DNA of 45,300 bases from an uncultured Chloroflexota bacterium (GCA_903915565.1 CAIWTG010000221.1:1-45300); one strand, 5' to 3'; shown: positions 16,796 to 25,828, counted from the stretch's first letter. Notes: a model not told the origin generated them from the sequence alone. A program made the numbers and translations.

Positions 16796-18298
16796 CTAGT
16801 AATTGGGGGTGCTGTTCCCGCTAACACCCGGAGGATTACCACCAGGGAAATATCCGGGGTTATAGTTACCGCTGCCACCGGGTGGGTTTCCGCCGGGATA
16901 ATACCCGGGAGTATTATTGCCGCTAGCGCCGGGAGGTCTAACGCCGTTACCGCCAGGCAAATTGTAACCTCCATCAGACGGCATATCACCACCCCTCCCG
17001 TCAAACCCTCCCCTCCCCGCTCCTCCACCGGTAAGCCAACTGGGTAAGAAATTAAGGTTCAAGACCGACTGCATGTAAAGTAGTGAACCAAACCCTACCA
17101 GAACTGTCGTAATCGGTATCCATATCTTCATCGGTAATCGTGAAAGCACCAGAGCGCTAATTACCGCGACGGGGAATAACCCGGGCAGATAAAAGCGACT
17201 GAAAGTTACCCAGGCGCCGGCACCCTGGAAATCCGCCGTCCATTCGTAAGTCAGATACAAACCAAAGACAAAGACAAACCAACCAATCAGTATCCACAGA
17301 ATATTCCATGGTATCTCCGTGTGCAGACTCGACCACCTTCCCATCGCCTCCCCTCGCTTTTTAATAGCCCTGAATTTGAAGTAAAGGATAGAGATGAAGG
17401 CCGGTATCCCTACCGCCAGGAGAGGGAAAGCCAGCATTAACGCCCGGGGTGCGTTTTGCAGGTTGCCCCAGATTATTTCCCAGGGGACAGATTGCCCGCT
17501 CTGGTTAATCTGCCCGAGGTATTGGAAGGCGAACTTTATCCCGAACTTGGTATAGTGATAGCCATAGTCCAACGCCGAGCCAAAAACAAAATAGTCATAA
17601 AGCAACAAAGCCGCCACCGCCAAACCTATGCCCATAACCACCGGGATTATTTCCCGCCGAATCCTCGCCCGGTCTTTCTTATACCACTGGATAATGCGGG
17701 TAATGATAAAATGCAAAGCAATAACAAAAGCAATGGGGAAGTTGGTATAACGCGAGACAACCGACCACCCAGTTAAGAAGAAAGCCAGGAAAAGTATTAC
17801 ACCGCCCTTTACCTTGCCGAATTTCTCTTTTCCCAGATGGTAGTACATATAAAGGCCGCCGCCCATCACCAGGAAAGCCAGCGACGCATAGGTATCCATG
17901 TAGGCGCGGTTAAGCATCACCAGGCTAAGCGGCGTTAACAGCATCAACAAAGAGCCTATCATCGCCGCCTTTTCGTCTCTCATACGCTTTAGCAGGATAT
18001 AAGTCACAATAATCATACCCAGTGCCAGCAAGACATTGCCCCACCGCGGTATACCCGCTAATTCGAAAGGAATCAGATAAAGGACATAACCCGGCGCTTT
18101 TTCCAGCGCCCAGATATTATCGCCGATGTTGACGTATTGTATCAGTTGCCCGCCTTGCTGCTGGGCTTCACTCACCTGCTGTGAATGAGTGGCACTATCT
18201 ACCGTAAATTGCTCTTGAGCAAAGTTTTGTACTCCATAATAATACGCCCAATCGTCCGGGTCGGCCATATTGACGGGAACCGCCAGCGCTAAAACCAT
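16796..18298 (-). CDS. GT-C-fold membrane glycosyltransferase-like protein (ArnT/PMT family 39-like) with a G/P/N/Y-rich C-terminal tail
   Basis: 500 aa with about 11-12 TM segments. There is an acidic DPDDWAYYY loop near the N-terminus, as in the first-loop Asp motif of GT-C enzymes. The tail is GGNGVRPPGASGNNTPGYYPGGNPPGGSGNYNPGYFPGGNPPGVSGNSTPNY. The 5' end is uncertain (see findings). Confidence 0.55.
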   Translation of the reverse strand: MVLALAVPVNMADPDDWAYYYGVQNFAQEQFTVDSATHSQQVSEAQQQGGQLIQYVNIGDNIWALEKAPGYVLYLIPFELAGIPRWGNVLLALGMIIVTYILLKRMRDEKAAMIGSLLMLLTPLSLVMLNRAYMDTYASLAFLVMGGGLYMYYHLGKEKFGKVKGGVILFLAFFLTGWSVVSRYTNFPIAFVIALHFIITRIIQWYKKDRARIRREIIPVVMGIGLAVAALLLYDYFVFGSALDYGYHYTKFGIKFAFQYLGQINQSGQSVPWEIIWGNLQNAPRALMLAFPLLAVGIPAFISILYFKFRAIKKRGEAMGRWSSLHTEIPWNILWILIGWFVFVFGLYLTYEWTADFQGAGAWVTFSRFYLPGLFPVAVISALVLSRLPMKIWIPITTVLVGFGSLLYMQSVLNLNFLPSWLTGGGAGRGGFDGRGGDMPSDGGYNLPGGNGVRPPGASGNNTPGYYPGGNPPGGSGNYNPGYFPGGNPPGVSGNSTPNY

Positions 18299-18560
18299 GG
18301 CGATAATAAAGCCAACTGCCGTGATAACCCGGTAAACATTGAAGTATTTAGCCCAATCTAGTTTATTGATAAACGTGTTACTCCATCCCTCACCTACTCA
18401 GAATTTCTGCAGGCGTAAATTTTGCTATAATTTCTATTCCATTTTGCCAGAATAATATTAAGAAAATATGAAGCCGCTTAGATAAATATCAGTGCGGTTT
18501 TTATCTTTAAAGCCTAGAGTTGTATAATAAGAACAACTTTTATTTTGATTGGGGGCAAAC

Positions 18561-19439
18561 ATGCGCAAGTTATTAGATGGTCGGGTGGCGGTGGTGACCG
18601 GCTCGGGCAATGGTATCGGTCGGGCACATGCTCTGGGGCTATCCAAACAGGGGGCGAAGGTGGTAGTGAACGACATCGGCACATCCGCTTACGGCCAGGG
18701 CATCTCCCACGACCCGGCGGACGCCGTCGTTAAAGAGATTAAAGCGATGGGCAATAGCGCCGTCGCCTGTTATGACAGCGTTACCACGGAAAAAGGCTGC
18801 GCCAACATCATCCAGACCGCTATCGATAGCTTTGGCCGCATTGATGTTTTAATCAACAATGCCGGGCTGGTCAAGAACCCCCATAACATTGCCGATATCC
18901 CTTCCGAGGACTGGGATATCATTCAAAAGACCCACCTCTATGGCACGTTTTATTGCACCCGCGCCGCCTGCGCCCATATGCGTAAACAAAAATACGGCCG
19001 CATCATTAATACCTCCTCCCATGTGGGGTTGGGCTTTAACAACTTTGTCTCCTATGCCGCCGCCAAGGAAGGCATCGTGGGATTAACACGCGTCGTCGCC
19101 CGCGATATGGCGGAGTTCGGCGTTACCTGTAATGCCATCCGCCCCATTGCCGCCTGGCGCGGCGCCGCGGATATAAACCCCAAGATTGAAGCTAATCGGC
19201 CTGAAGATATCGCCGCTTTGGTAGTCTACCTGGCGAGCGAAGCCGCCGACCATATCAACGGCTGTATCTTTGAAGTGTGGCGGGGACACGTGGGCATCTT
19301 TACCGACCCGCCACCCGTAGAGCAGGTGCTCAAAAAAGACGGCGGCTGGACTACCGAAGAGCTGGCCGAAGCTATCCCGCAGACGTTAACCAAAGGCCGC
19401 TCGCGGGAAAAGTTCCCCAAATTCCTGGAGTTCTTTTAG
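18561..19439 (+). CDS. Short-chain dehydrogenase/reductase (SDR)
   Basis: VTGSGNGIGRAHA (TGxxxGxG), NNAG and SYAAAKEG (YxxxK). I prefer the ATG at 18561 over the TTG at 18549. Confidence 0.85.
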   Translation: MRKLLDGRVAVVTGSGNGIGRAHALGLSKQGAKVVVNDIGTSAYGQGISHDPADAVVKEIKAMGNSAVACYDSVTTEKGCANIIQTAIDSFGRIDVLINNAGLVKNPHNIADIPSEDWDIIQKTHLYGTFYCTRAACAHMRKQKYGRIINTSSHVGLGFNNFVSYAAAKEGIVGLTRVVARDMAEFGVTCNAIRPIAAWRGAADINPKIEANRPEDIAALVVYLASEAADHINGCIFEVWRGHVGIFTDPPPVEQVLKKDGGWTTEELAEAIPQTLTKGRSREKFPKFLEFF

Positions 19440-20065
19440 GAAGCAAAGTCCAGATTCCACTTCCTCTGGGTAAAGCGTCCGGCAAAATACGCTAAAGCGC
19501 CCAGCGCCAACCCGCAAACGACATCCAGGATATTATGCTGCCGCGTGAACAGCGTGGACGCGATTATCAGCGCCGCTATTATTCCCCACACCCACTTGAG
19601 CTTGGGCAGCCACCGACTGACGTAGCAACACGAAATCAGTGTAAAAAACGTGTGCCCGCTCGGGGCGGCGTTATAAGAGCGGTCGGTCTGGTACAAGAGT
19701 TTAATCACCTGCGAGAAAAAGTCGTTGGACGTAACATCGGGGCGGGTGACAAAGGTGGGGAAGATAAGGTACGCCAGGCAGCTTATCACCGCGGCGGTTA
19801 AGATGGAGACGGCGTAGGGCTCGAACTCTTTGGGTTTAACATACAGCGCCGCCAGAACCGGGAACGCAATGAATATCACCGACCCCAGCAGATAAGGCGT
19901 TATTGCCGGCGGAAAGAGCGGTATCTGGCTATCTATGGGCAGGTTTAACTGCACCCCTCCGTGCTGGAATTGATTGATAGGAATATAAAGCAGTATCGCG
20001 ACGAGCAGAATCGCCAGCCACAACAGCCGGCGGCGCGTAAAGTAAGGGAATTTAACCTTTGGCAT
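19436..20065 (-). CDS. PAP2-superfamily membrane phosphatase
   Basis: 209 aa, multi-TM. PSGHT and TRQHNILDV (SRxxxxxHxxxD-like) motifs. Confidence 0.8.
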   Translation of the reverse strand: MPKVKFPYFTRRRLLWLAILLVAILLYIPINQFQHGGVQLNLPIDSQIPLFPPAITPYLLGSVIFIAFPVLAALYVKPKEFEPYAVSILTAAVISCLAYLIFPTFVTRPDVTSNDFFSQVIKLLYQTDRSYNAAPSGHTFFTLISCCYVSRWLPKLKWVWGIIAALIIASTLFTRQHNILDVVCGLALGALAYFAGRFTQRKWNLDFAS

Positions 20066-20197
20066 CCTGGTGTTATAGTAACATTAAGAATTTTTCAATA
20101 TCAAGTAAAAAGGTTTGACGGATTTTGGCGGCTTTGGCATAATATTAGTGTCGAGGGTTTGACCGACACAAAAACACATTAATCTAAAAGGAGAACG

Positions 20198-20368
20198 ATG
20201 ATAAAGCAGGGAACCAGGGTAAAAATTTTAAAGGGCGATTCTGCCGGTAAGATTGGCGTATGCGTGGCTAAAGCGCCCGGCGCTGCAACGGTCTGGAATG
20301 TAGCGCTGCCGGGTAAGGGACAAGTCCGTGTGGACGAGAAGGATATGGAATTAGCCCCCGCCGAATAA
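20198..20368 (+). CDS. Small 56-aa protein, below the ORF-track cutoff
   Basis: ATG at 20198 preceded by AAAGGAGA. The product is MIKQGTRVKILKGDSAGKIGVCVAKAPGAATVWNVALPGKGQVRVDEKDMELAPAE (KOW/SH3-like pattern). A strong terminator follows directly. Confidence 0.45.
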   Translation: MIKQGTRVKILKGDSAGKIGVCVAKAPGAATVWNVALPGKGQVRVDEKDMELAPAE

Positions 20369-20391
20369 CCCATTCAAGAATTTAGAAAACT

Positions 20392-20436
20392 AAAAACCCC
20401 CTGTACTGAACCAATCAAAACAGGGGGTTTCGTTTT
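20392..20436. terminator. Bidirectional rho-independent terminator
   Basis: CCCCCTGT (20397-20404) / ACAGGGGG (20420-20427) with AAAAA upstream and TTTCGTTTT downstream. It could serve both the small plus-strand ORF and the minus-strand tRNA. Confidence 0.65.
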
Positions 20437-20440
20437 ACTT

Positions 20441-20515
<75 letters not shown>

Positions 20516-20531
20516 ATGAGACGCAATTTAA

Positions 20532-20560
20532 AGTATATCTTTTGGTATAAGAGAAGTCAA
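20532..20560 (-). promoter_or_regulatory. Candidate promoter of the initiator tRNA
   Basis: On the minus strand: TTGACT (20560-20555), 17-nt spacer, TATACT (20537-20532), 16 nt before the mature tRNA 5' end. Confidence 0.5.
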
Positions 20561-20597
20561 GCTAAGGGGTGGGACTTAATTGCCCCACCCCTTAGCT
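20560..20597 (-). terminator. Strong hairpin downstream of the methyltransferase operon
   Basis: Perfect 14-bp stem AGCTAAGGGGTGGG (20560-20573) / CCCACCCCTTAGCT (20584-20597) with a 10-nt loop, 22 nt after the MT2 stop. The U-tract on the minus strand is only moderate. Confidence 0.5.
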
Positions 20598-20619
20598 GTT
20601 TTGCTTAAGTTATAACTAA

Positions 20620-21483
20620 CTATTTGTTTGGCTGAATGGCTGCGGCGGCCCGCTTGCGGTGGTCTTCCAGGTAGCGCCGGGCGAACCTATCGCGCCCCAG
20701 AACCAGGTCGGCGGAAAGGACGGCGGGCATGACCTTGGCGGCGTCGGCAATCAGGGCGGTACCGCCGGCGTCAATGACCATCGCTATCCAGGCGTTATTC
20801 AATATCGGCCGGTCCGGCATACCGAAGGAGATGTTGCTGGCGCCCATCGTCATGTTCAGCCCAATCTCGATGCGTATCTGGCGCAAGGCAGCCAGAACGT
20901 CCATGGCGGCTTTTGGCTCGGCGCCGATGGCATAGGCCATCACGTCGATAATGATGTTCTCCTTGGGAACGCCCATTTTGGCGCAAGCCTCAACGATTTT
21001 GTAAGTGATAGCCACGCGGCGTTCGGTGGTCTTGGGAATGCCGTCATCGTCCTGGGCGAGGCCGATAACCGCGGCGCCGTACTCTTTAATTAACGGCAGG
21101 ACGCGCTCCAGCTTGGCTTTTTCGCCGCTGATTGAATTAACCAGCGGTTTGCCCTTGTAAACCTTCAGTCCGGCTTCCAGGGCGGCGGAATTGGGACTGT
21201 CAATGCAGAGCGGTACATCAACCGCGTCCTGGATGACTTTAATCGCCTCGGGGAGGAGTTTTACATCATCCACGCCGGGGGCGTTAACGTTGCAGTCCAG
21301 GATGGTGGCGCCGGCGGCAACCTGCTCCAGGGCTTCTTTCTTGACGATGGAAAGGTCACCGTTCTTAAGCGCTTCCGCCAGCTTTTTCTTGCCGGTGGGG
21401 TTAATGCGCTCGCCGATAATTGTTGTCGGCCGGTCATAAGAGATGATGACTTCTTTAGAGATACCTGATACTTTTGTGTCCAT
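20620..21483 (-). CDS. Pterin-binding methyltetrahydrofolate:corrinoid methyltransferase (MeTr/AcsE/MT2-like)
   Basis: 287 aa. Motifs IGERINPTG, LDCNVN, LCIDS, VNSISG and GASNISFGMPDRPILNNA, typical of the pterin-binding TIM barrel. Confidence 0.85.
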   Translation of the reverse strand: MDTKVSGISKEVIISYDRPTTIIGERINPTGKKKLAEALKNGDLSIVKKEALEQVAAGATILDCNVNAPGVDDVKLLPEAIKVIQDAVDVPLCIDSPNSAALEAGLKVYKGKPLVNSISGEKAKLERVLPLIKEYGAAVIGLAQDDDGIPKTTERRVAITYKIVEACAKMGVPKENIIIDVMAYAIGAEPKAAMDVLAALRQIRIEIGLNMTMGASNISFGMPDRPILNNAWIAMVIDAGGTALIADAAKVMPAVLSADLVLGRDRFARRYLEDHRKRAAAAIQPNK

Positions 21484-21587
21484 AATTTATTACTCCTGTT
21501 TTTATTTATAGGCTAAATACACACTCTATTATGCCCTAAATGCAAAATTCCTGCATCCGCTAAAATACTGAATGAGTTTACGGTTCA

Positions 21588-21626
21588 CAGCTATCAGTTT
21601 TGGGGAGGGGGGAGTACTGATAACTG
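21588..21626 (-). other. Intercistronic hairpin between MT1 paralog 5 and MT2
   Basis: CAGCTATCAGT (21588-21598) pairs with ACTGATAACTG (21616-21626). 11 bp with one mismatch and a G-rich (plus-strand) loop. Confidence 0.4.
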
Positions 21627-21649
21627 TTTACTGTATACTGAAAACTCAA

Positions 21650-22990
21650 CTAATACTTCCCGTACTCTTTGGTGGCATCCATCATAGCGTGGAGGTTTTC
21701 TACCTTGCCCTGGTCCATGCTGGCAGCTGCAGTAAGGATGTAGCCGCCGCCGGGGGCGCAGTCCTCGATAAGCTTGCGGCAGCCTTCTTTAACGTCCTTG
21801 ACAGTGCCGGTAACCATGATGGAAATAGGCAGGTTGCCCATAATGCAGTTCTTCTGACCGACCGTCTGCTTGGCGTGCGCCATATCCATGTACTCAAAGT
21901 ACCAGACGATTGAGCCTTTGGGCATGTCCTGGATAATTTTCAGGCGGGGGATATAATTGCCCTCGGCAAAGGGCATCGGCACCAGTCCTTCGTTGATAAT
22001 GCCCAACAATAGCCGTTTAAAAGTGGGCCAGTAAAACTCGTCGAACTGCTTGGGGGACATGAAGCCTTTTTCGCCCTTGTGCAGGGGCATCATCAACACC
22101 GGCGATATTGAGTTATCGGCGGATTTCACCGCTTCTTCAATCATAATGGGCAGCAGTCTCTCCATGGCTTCATGCATTTTTCCAGGCTGGCGGAAGATAT
22201 CCATGAAAATCCCCTGCGTGCCGCGGCAAAAATCCGTCAGCATGTCGAAGGGGGCGCCGGAAAAGCCGCTGCCGTTAAAGGGCGGGTAGCCTTCCGACAT
22301 CGCGATGGTGCTGACCTCGCGGGCGGTTTTCATCCATTTATTCATTTCGTCGGCGGCCGCCCAGATTGTTTTGAACATTTCCCGCATCTCCGGCGTGGAA
22401 AGGGCTGGGACGGTGCCGATGGGCAGGCCAATCATCGGGTTAAGGTGCATAAAAGTCGCCAGGGGTTTAAATGCTTCCGCCTGGCGGGGCATAAAGACCC
22501 GCAACCAGAAATCGGTGGGGTCCTGGATTAAATGGTCGTATTCGTCTTTTTTCATGTACTCGCCTTCGACGAACTGGTAAGAAGGCACGTCTTTAGCCAG
22601 CCCGTGGCCGGGCCACTTGTGCATTTTGTGTCCCAGGATTTCCAGCGCTTTGGCCGGCAGAACTAAACCGGGCCCGCCGAAGCAGTCCATGTCGCCGAAG
22701 TCATACATGAATTTCAGCCAGGCTTTTTTCTGCTTTTCGTAATCGTACATGACGGTGTGCAGGTCGTAGCCGGCGTAATAAGCCGGGAACCAGCCCACCG
22801 GCAGGTTGCAGGGCACGCGGTCGCCCTCTTCCAGGCTGATGGCTTTAACAAAGCGGGTTACCCGGGCTTTATAGAGCTGTTCGGCTTCTTTGTTCTTGAA
22901 TTTGACGCCGGGTGCATCTAGCCAGCGCTTAAAGCGGGCCTGCCTTTTCTGGTCCGGAGTCAATTCTTTCCAGTTAGCAATACCTTCCAT
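21650..22990 (-). CDS. URO-D-fold corrinoid-dependent methyltransferase, substrate-side MT1 candidate, paralog 5 of 5
   Basis: 446 aa. Shares with the four upstream paralogs the motifs DRVP, WPGHGL, APFD..LRGT.G...D.FRQP, PLHKG..FMS, FYWPTF, CI.GN and CAPGGGYIL. The fold call is more certain than the function. Confidence 0.75.
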   Translation of the reverse strand: MEGIANWKELTPDQKRQARFKRWLDAPGVKFKNKEAEQLYKARVTRFVKAISLEEGDRVPCNLPVGWFPAYYAGYDLHTVMYDYEKQKKAWLKFMYDFGDMDCFGGPGLVLPAKALEILGHKMHKWPGHGLAKDVPSYQFVEGEYMKKDEYDHLIQDPTDFWLRVFMPRQAEAFKPLATFMHLNPMIGLPIGTVPALSTPEMREMFKTIWAAADEMNKWMKTAREVSTIAMSEGYPPFNGSGFSGAPFDMLTDFCRGTQGIFMDIFRQPGKMHEAMERLLPIMIEEAVKSADNSISPVLMMPLHKGEKGFMSPKQFDEFYWPTFKRLLLGIINEGLVPMPFAEGNYIPRLKIIQDMPKGSIVWYFEYMDMAHAKQTVGQKNCIMGNLPISIMVTGTVKDVKEGCRKLIEDCAPGGGYILTAAASMDQGKVENLHAMMDATKEYGKY

Positions 22991-23006
22991 TTTGAGCCTC
23001 CGCTAA

Positions 23007-24341
23007 CTAATATTTCCCGTACTCATTAGCCGCCTCCATCATGGCGCGCAGGTTTTCCGGCTTGGCCATATCAAAAGTGGCGCCGCCGGTGAGAATATAG
23101 CCGCCGCCGGGGGCGCAGGTCTCGATGAGTTTACGGCAAAATTCCTTCATCTCCGCCGCCGTCTTGGTGTAGGCGATGGAAACCGGCACATTGCCGGCGA
23201 TGCAGCTTACCCTGCCGACGGTTTTCTTGGCGTTAGCCATATTCGTCTGGTCGAACATCCAGGCGATAGCGCTCTTGGGCATATCGGAAATATATTCCAA
23301 CCGCCGGTTATAAGCGCCCTCCGCCACCGGGTAAGGCACCAGGCCGTCTTCCACCATCGCCAAAAGTTGGCGGCGGAAGGTAGGCCAGTAAAATACCTCA
23401 AACTGTTTATCGGACATAAAGGTGTCGTCGCCCTTATGCAGGGGCATCATTACCACTGGGCAGTCCGCCATATCGCACATGGCAATAGCGCCGGAGATGA
23501 GCTGGGGCAGCACGAATTCCATCGCCTGGTGGATTTTATCCGGCTGGCGGAACATGTCCATGACAATGCCCTGCGTGCCGCGCAGGTTGTCGGCAAAAAC
23601 GTCGAAAGGAGCCACCGCCAGGCCGCCCCGGAAAACGGGGAAGCCCCGTGCCCGGGCGCCATTGGTGGTTTCCGCAGCGGCTTTATTCCAGGGCTCGGTG
23701 TACTTGCTAGCTTCTTTAATCGCTTTAAATAATTTCTGGAACCTGGGGTCCTGGCACATCGCCATCAAACGGTTGGGCAGACCCTGGTAAGAAGCAAAAG
23801 ATGGCACGTCTTTAAACGGCTCGAAGACGCCCATGGTGCGCGGCAAAAGGTAGCGCAGCTGGAAATCAAAGGGGTCTTTCATAAAAAGGTCGTATTCATC
23901 GGCTTTCATGTAAACGCCCTCGACGTACTGGTAGGAATGGGCGTCGTCCGGCAGGCCGTGGCCGGGCCAGCGCATCGTTTTGGCTTCCATGGCATCGTTA
24001 ACCGACGCGTTAAAGAAAAGCGTTCCGTCAAAGGTATCCGAATCAAAATCATCGACGAAGTTGAGCCAGACCTTCTTCATCAGCGCCGGGTCGTACATGA
24101 CTTTTTTAAGGGGGACTTTGGCGTACATGGCGGGGTACCAGCCGGTGGGGAGCATACAGGGAACGCGGTCGGGAAGTTCCATCTTCACCGCTTTGGCCAG
24201 CCGGGTGGCGCGGGCTTCATAACCCTGCTCCGCCTCTTTGCTGACGAATTTAACGTCCTCGGCTTTTATCCAGTGGTTCAGGCGCAGTTCGCGTTTCTGC
24301 TGCCAGGTAAGGCTTGCCCAGTTATCCGGTCGTACGAACAT
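23007..24341 (-). CDS. URO-D-fold corrinoid-dependent methyltransferase, MT1 candidate, paralog 4 of 5
   Basis: 444 aa with the same motif set. A 16-nt spacer carrying GGAGGC separates it from paralog 5. Confidence 0.75.
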   Translation of the reverse strand: MFVRPDNWASLTWQQKRELRLNHWIKAEDVKFVSKEAEQGYEARATRLAKAVKMELPDRVPCMLPTGWYPAMYAKVPLKKVMYDPALMKKVWLNFVDDFDSDTFDGTLFFNASVNDAMEAKTMRWPGHGLPDDAHSYQYVEGVYMKADEYDLFMKDPFDFQLRYLLPRTMGVFEPFKDVPSFASYQGLPNRLMAMCQDPRFQKLFKAIKEASKYTEPWNKAAAETTNGARARGFPVFRGGLAVAPFDVFADNLRGTQGIVMDMFRQPDKIHQAMEFVLPQLISGAIAMCDMADCPVVMMPLHKGDDTFMSDKQFEVFYWPTFRRQLLAMVEDGLVPYPVAEGAYNRRLEYISDMPKSAIAWMFDQTNMANAKKTVGRVSCIAGNVPVSIAYTKTAAEMKEFCRKLIETCAPGGGYILTGGATFDMAKPENLRAMMEAANEYGKY

Positions 24342-24379
24342 TTTGGTTATGCCTCCGTAACTAATTCCTTAAGTGTTTC

Positions 24380-24475
24380 GTCATTGCGAGGAGCGAAGCG
24401 ACGCGGCAATCCCAATCTACGTTTACTCCAATGCTTGAGATTGCCACGCCCTACTGCGGAAGGGCTCGCAATGAC
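24380..24475. repeat. REP/MITE-like palindromic element in the paralog 3 / paralog 4 spacer
   Basis: The terminal inverted repeats GTCATTGCGAG (24380-24390) and CTCGCAATGAC (24465-24475) are exact complements. The inner arms GGCAATC / GATTGCC also pair. Confidence 0.6.
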
Positions 24476-24481
24476 ACCTCG

Positions 24482-25828
24482 TTATTTTTTATAAACGCCG
24501 AACTCTTTAGCGGCGTTCATCATTGCCTTGAAGTTTTCTATTTTGCCGTTGTCGCAGCTGGCGCCGCCGGCGAGGATATAGCCGCCGCCCGGGGCGCAAT
24601 CCTGGATAAGTTTTTTGCAGTTTTCGGTTACCTGCTGGTCGTTGCCGGTAATCATGACGGAGGTAGGCACATTACCCACGATACAGCTTATACCGCCGAG
24701 GACGCGTTTGGCTTCTTTCATATCCGTCTGGTCGAACCACCAGATAACGCCGCTGGGCGGAGTATCCGTAATCTGCTTCAACCGGCGAGTATATTTACCT
24801 TCGGCAAAAGGCATGGGAACGAGGCCTTCATTAATCATCGCCAGCAGCATCCGGCGGTAGGTAGGCCAGTAAAATTCCGCGAATGCCTTATCGGACATGA
24901 ACACATCATCGCCCTTATGCAGGGGCATAATGCAGACTGGGCTATCGGTCATGGGGAAGTTTTTAATGGTAGATTCAATGGACAGGTTAAGGTACCATTC
25001 CATCGCCTCTTGCAGTTTTTTGGGCTGGCGGAACATATCCCTGACAATGCCCGTAGTGCCGCGTAAAGCATCGGCAAAATGGTCGAACGGAGCGCCCGCC
25101 ATCATGCCAAAGCCCCCGAGCGGGGGATAGCCATGCGCCCTGATGTAATCTCGGATTTCTACCTGGGCGGCCATGTACTTGTTCTGCTCATCTACTTTGG
25201 ATTGCAGCTTGTTAACAATGCCGGCTATTTCCGGGTTAGCCAGCATATTAATAAACATCGACGAGCCAAGCATGCCGCGCATCGGCGGCAGATTTTTGAA
25301 GGGAGCAAAGAAATCCGATGTGCGGGGCATCATGACACGGAGGTTGTAATCGGTCGGGTCCCGCATATACAGGTCATACTCGTCGTCCTTCATATATTCG
25401 CCTTCAACGAACTCGTTCATCCTGGCGGTTACCGGGAGTCCCAGGCCGGGGAGTTTCTGCTGTTTGCTGGGAAAGGCTTCCGCGATGCGGCCGGACGGTA
25501 TGAACGCCGGTCCGCTAAAGGTATCCATATCCCCGAAGGCAGCCATGAACTTCTTCCAGATTTCGTTGCCTTTTTTGTAGTTGTACATCAGCTCGTGGAA
25601 GGAAGAGCCGCCCCAGGTAGCCGGGTAGTTGCCTAGGGGTAGCATGACCGGCACGCGGTCGGGCTCCTCCAGCTTGATGGCTTTAATGAACCGGGTGACG
25701 CGTTTTTTATAAAGCTCTTCCGCCTCATTGTTAACGAACTTAACGTTCGGGGGATTGAGCCACCGGTCAAAGCGCGCTTCCCGCTTTTCCTGCCAGGTCA
25801 TATCTTTCCATTCTTTAGTTTGCGCCAT
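24482..25828 (-). CDS. URO-D-fold corrinoid-dependent methyltransferase, MT1 candidate, paralog 3 of 5
   Basis: 448 aa with the same motif set (EPDRVPV, PLHKGDDVFMS, SCIVGNVP, CAPGGGYIL). Confidence 0.75.
   Translation of the reverse strand: MAQTKEWKDMTWQEKREARFDRWLNPPNVKFVNNEAEELYKKRVTRFIKAIKLEEPDRVPVMLPLGNYPATWGGSSFHELMYNYKKGNEIWKKFMAAFGDMDTFSGPAFIPSGRIAEAFPSKQQKLPGLGLPVTARMNEFVEGEYMKDDEYDLYMRDPTDYNLRVMMPRTSDFFAPFKNLPPMRGMLGSSMFINMLANPEIAGIVNKLQSKVDEQNKYMAAQVEIRDYIRAHGYPPLGGFGMMAGAPFDHFADALRGTTGIVRDMFRQPKKLQEAMEWYLNLSIESTIKNFPMTDSPVCIMPLHKGDDVFMSDKAFAEFYWPTYRRMLLAMINEGLVPMPFAEGKYTRRLKQITDTPPSGVIWWFDQTDMKEAKRVLGGISCIVGNVPTSVMITGNDQQVTENCKKLIQDCAPGGGYILAGGASCDNGKIENFKAMMNAAKEFGVYKK

Noticed and set aside
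16718-17047. Plus-strand 109-aa and minus-strand 79-aa ORFs lie across the G/P/N-rich repeat region.
   Set aside because: They are alternative frames of the low-complexity tail of the GT-C-like gene. Repeats of this composition are open in several frames by construction.
20179-20373. A 64-aa minus-strand ORF is listed in the track.
   Set aside because: The opposite strand carries a 56-aa ORF with a strong SD and terminator and a more protein-like sequence. The minus-strand frame lacks an SD.
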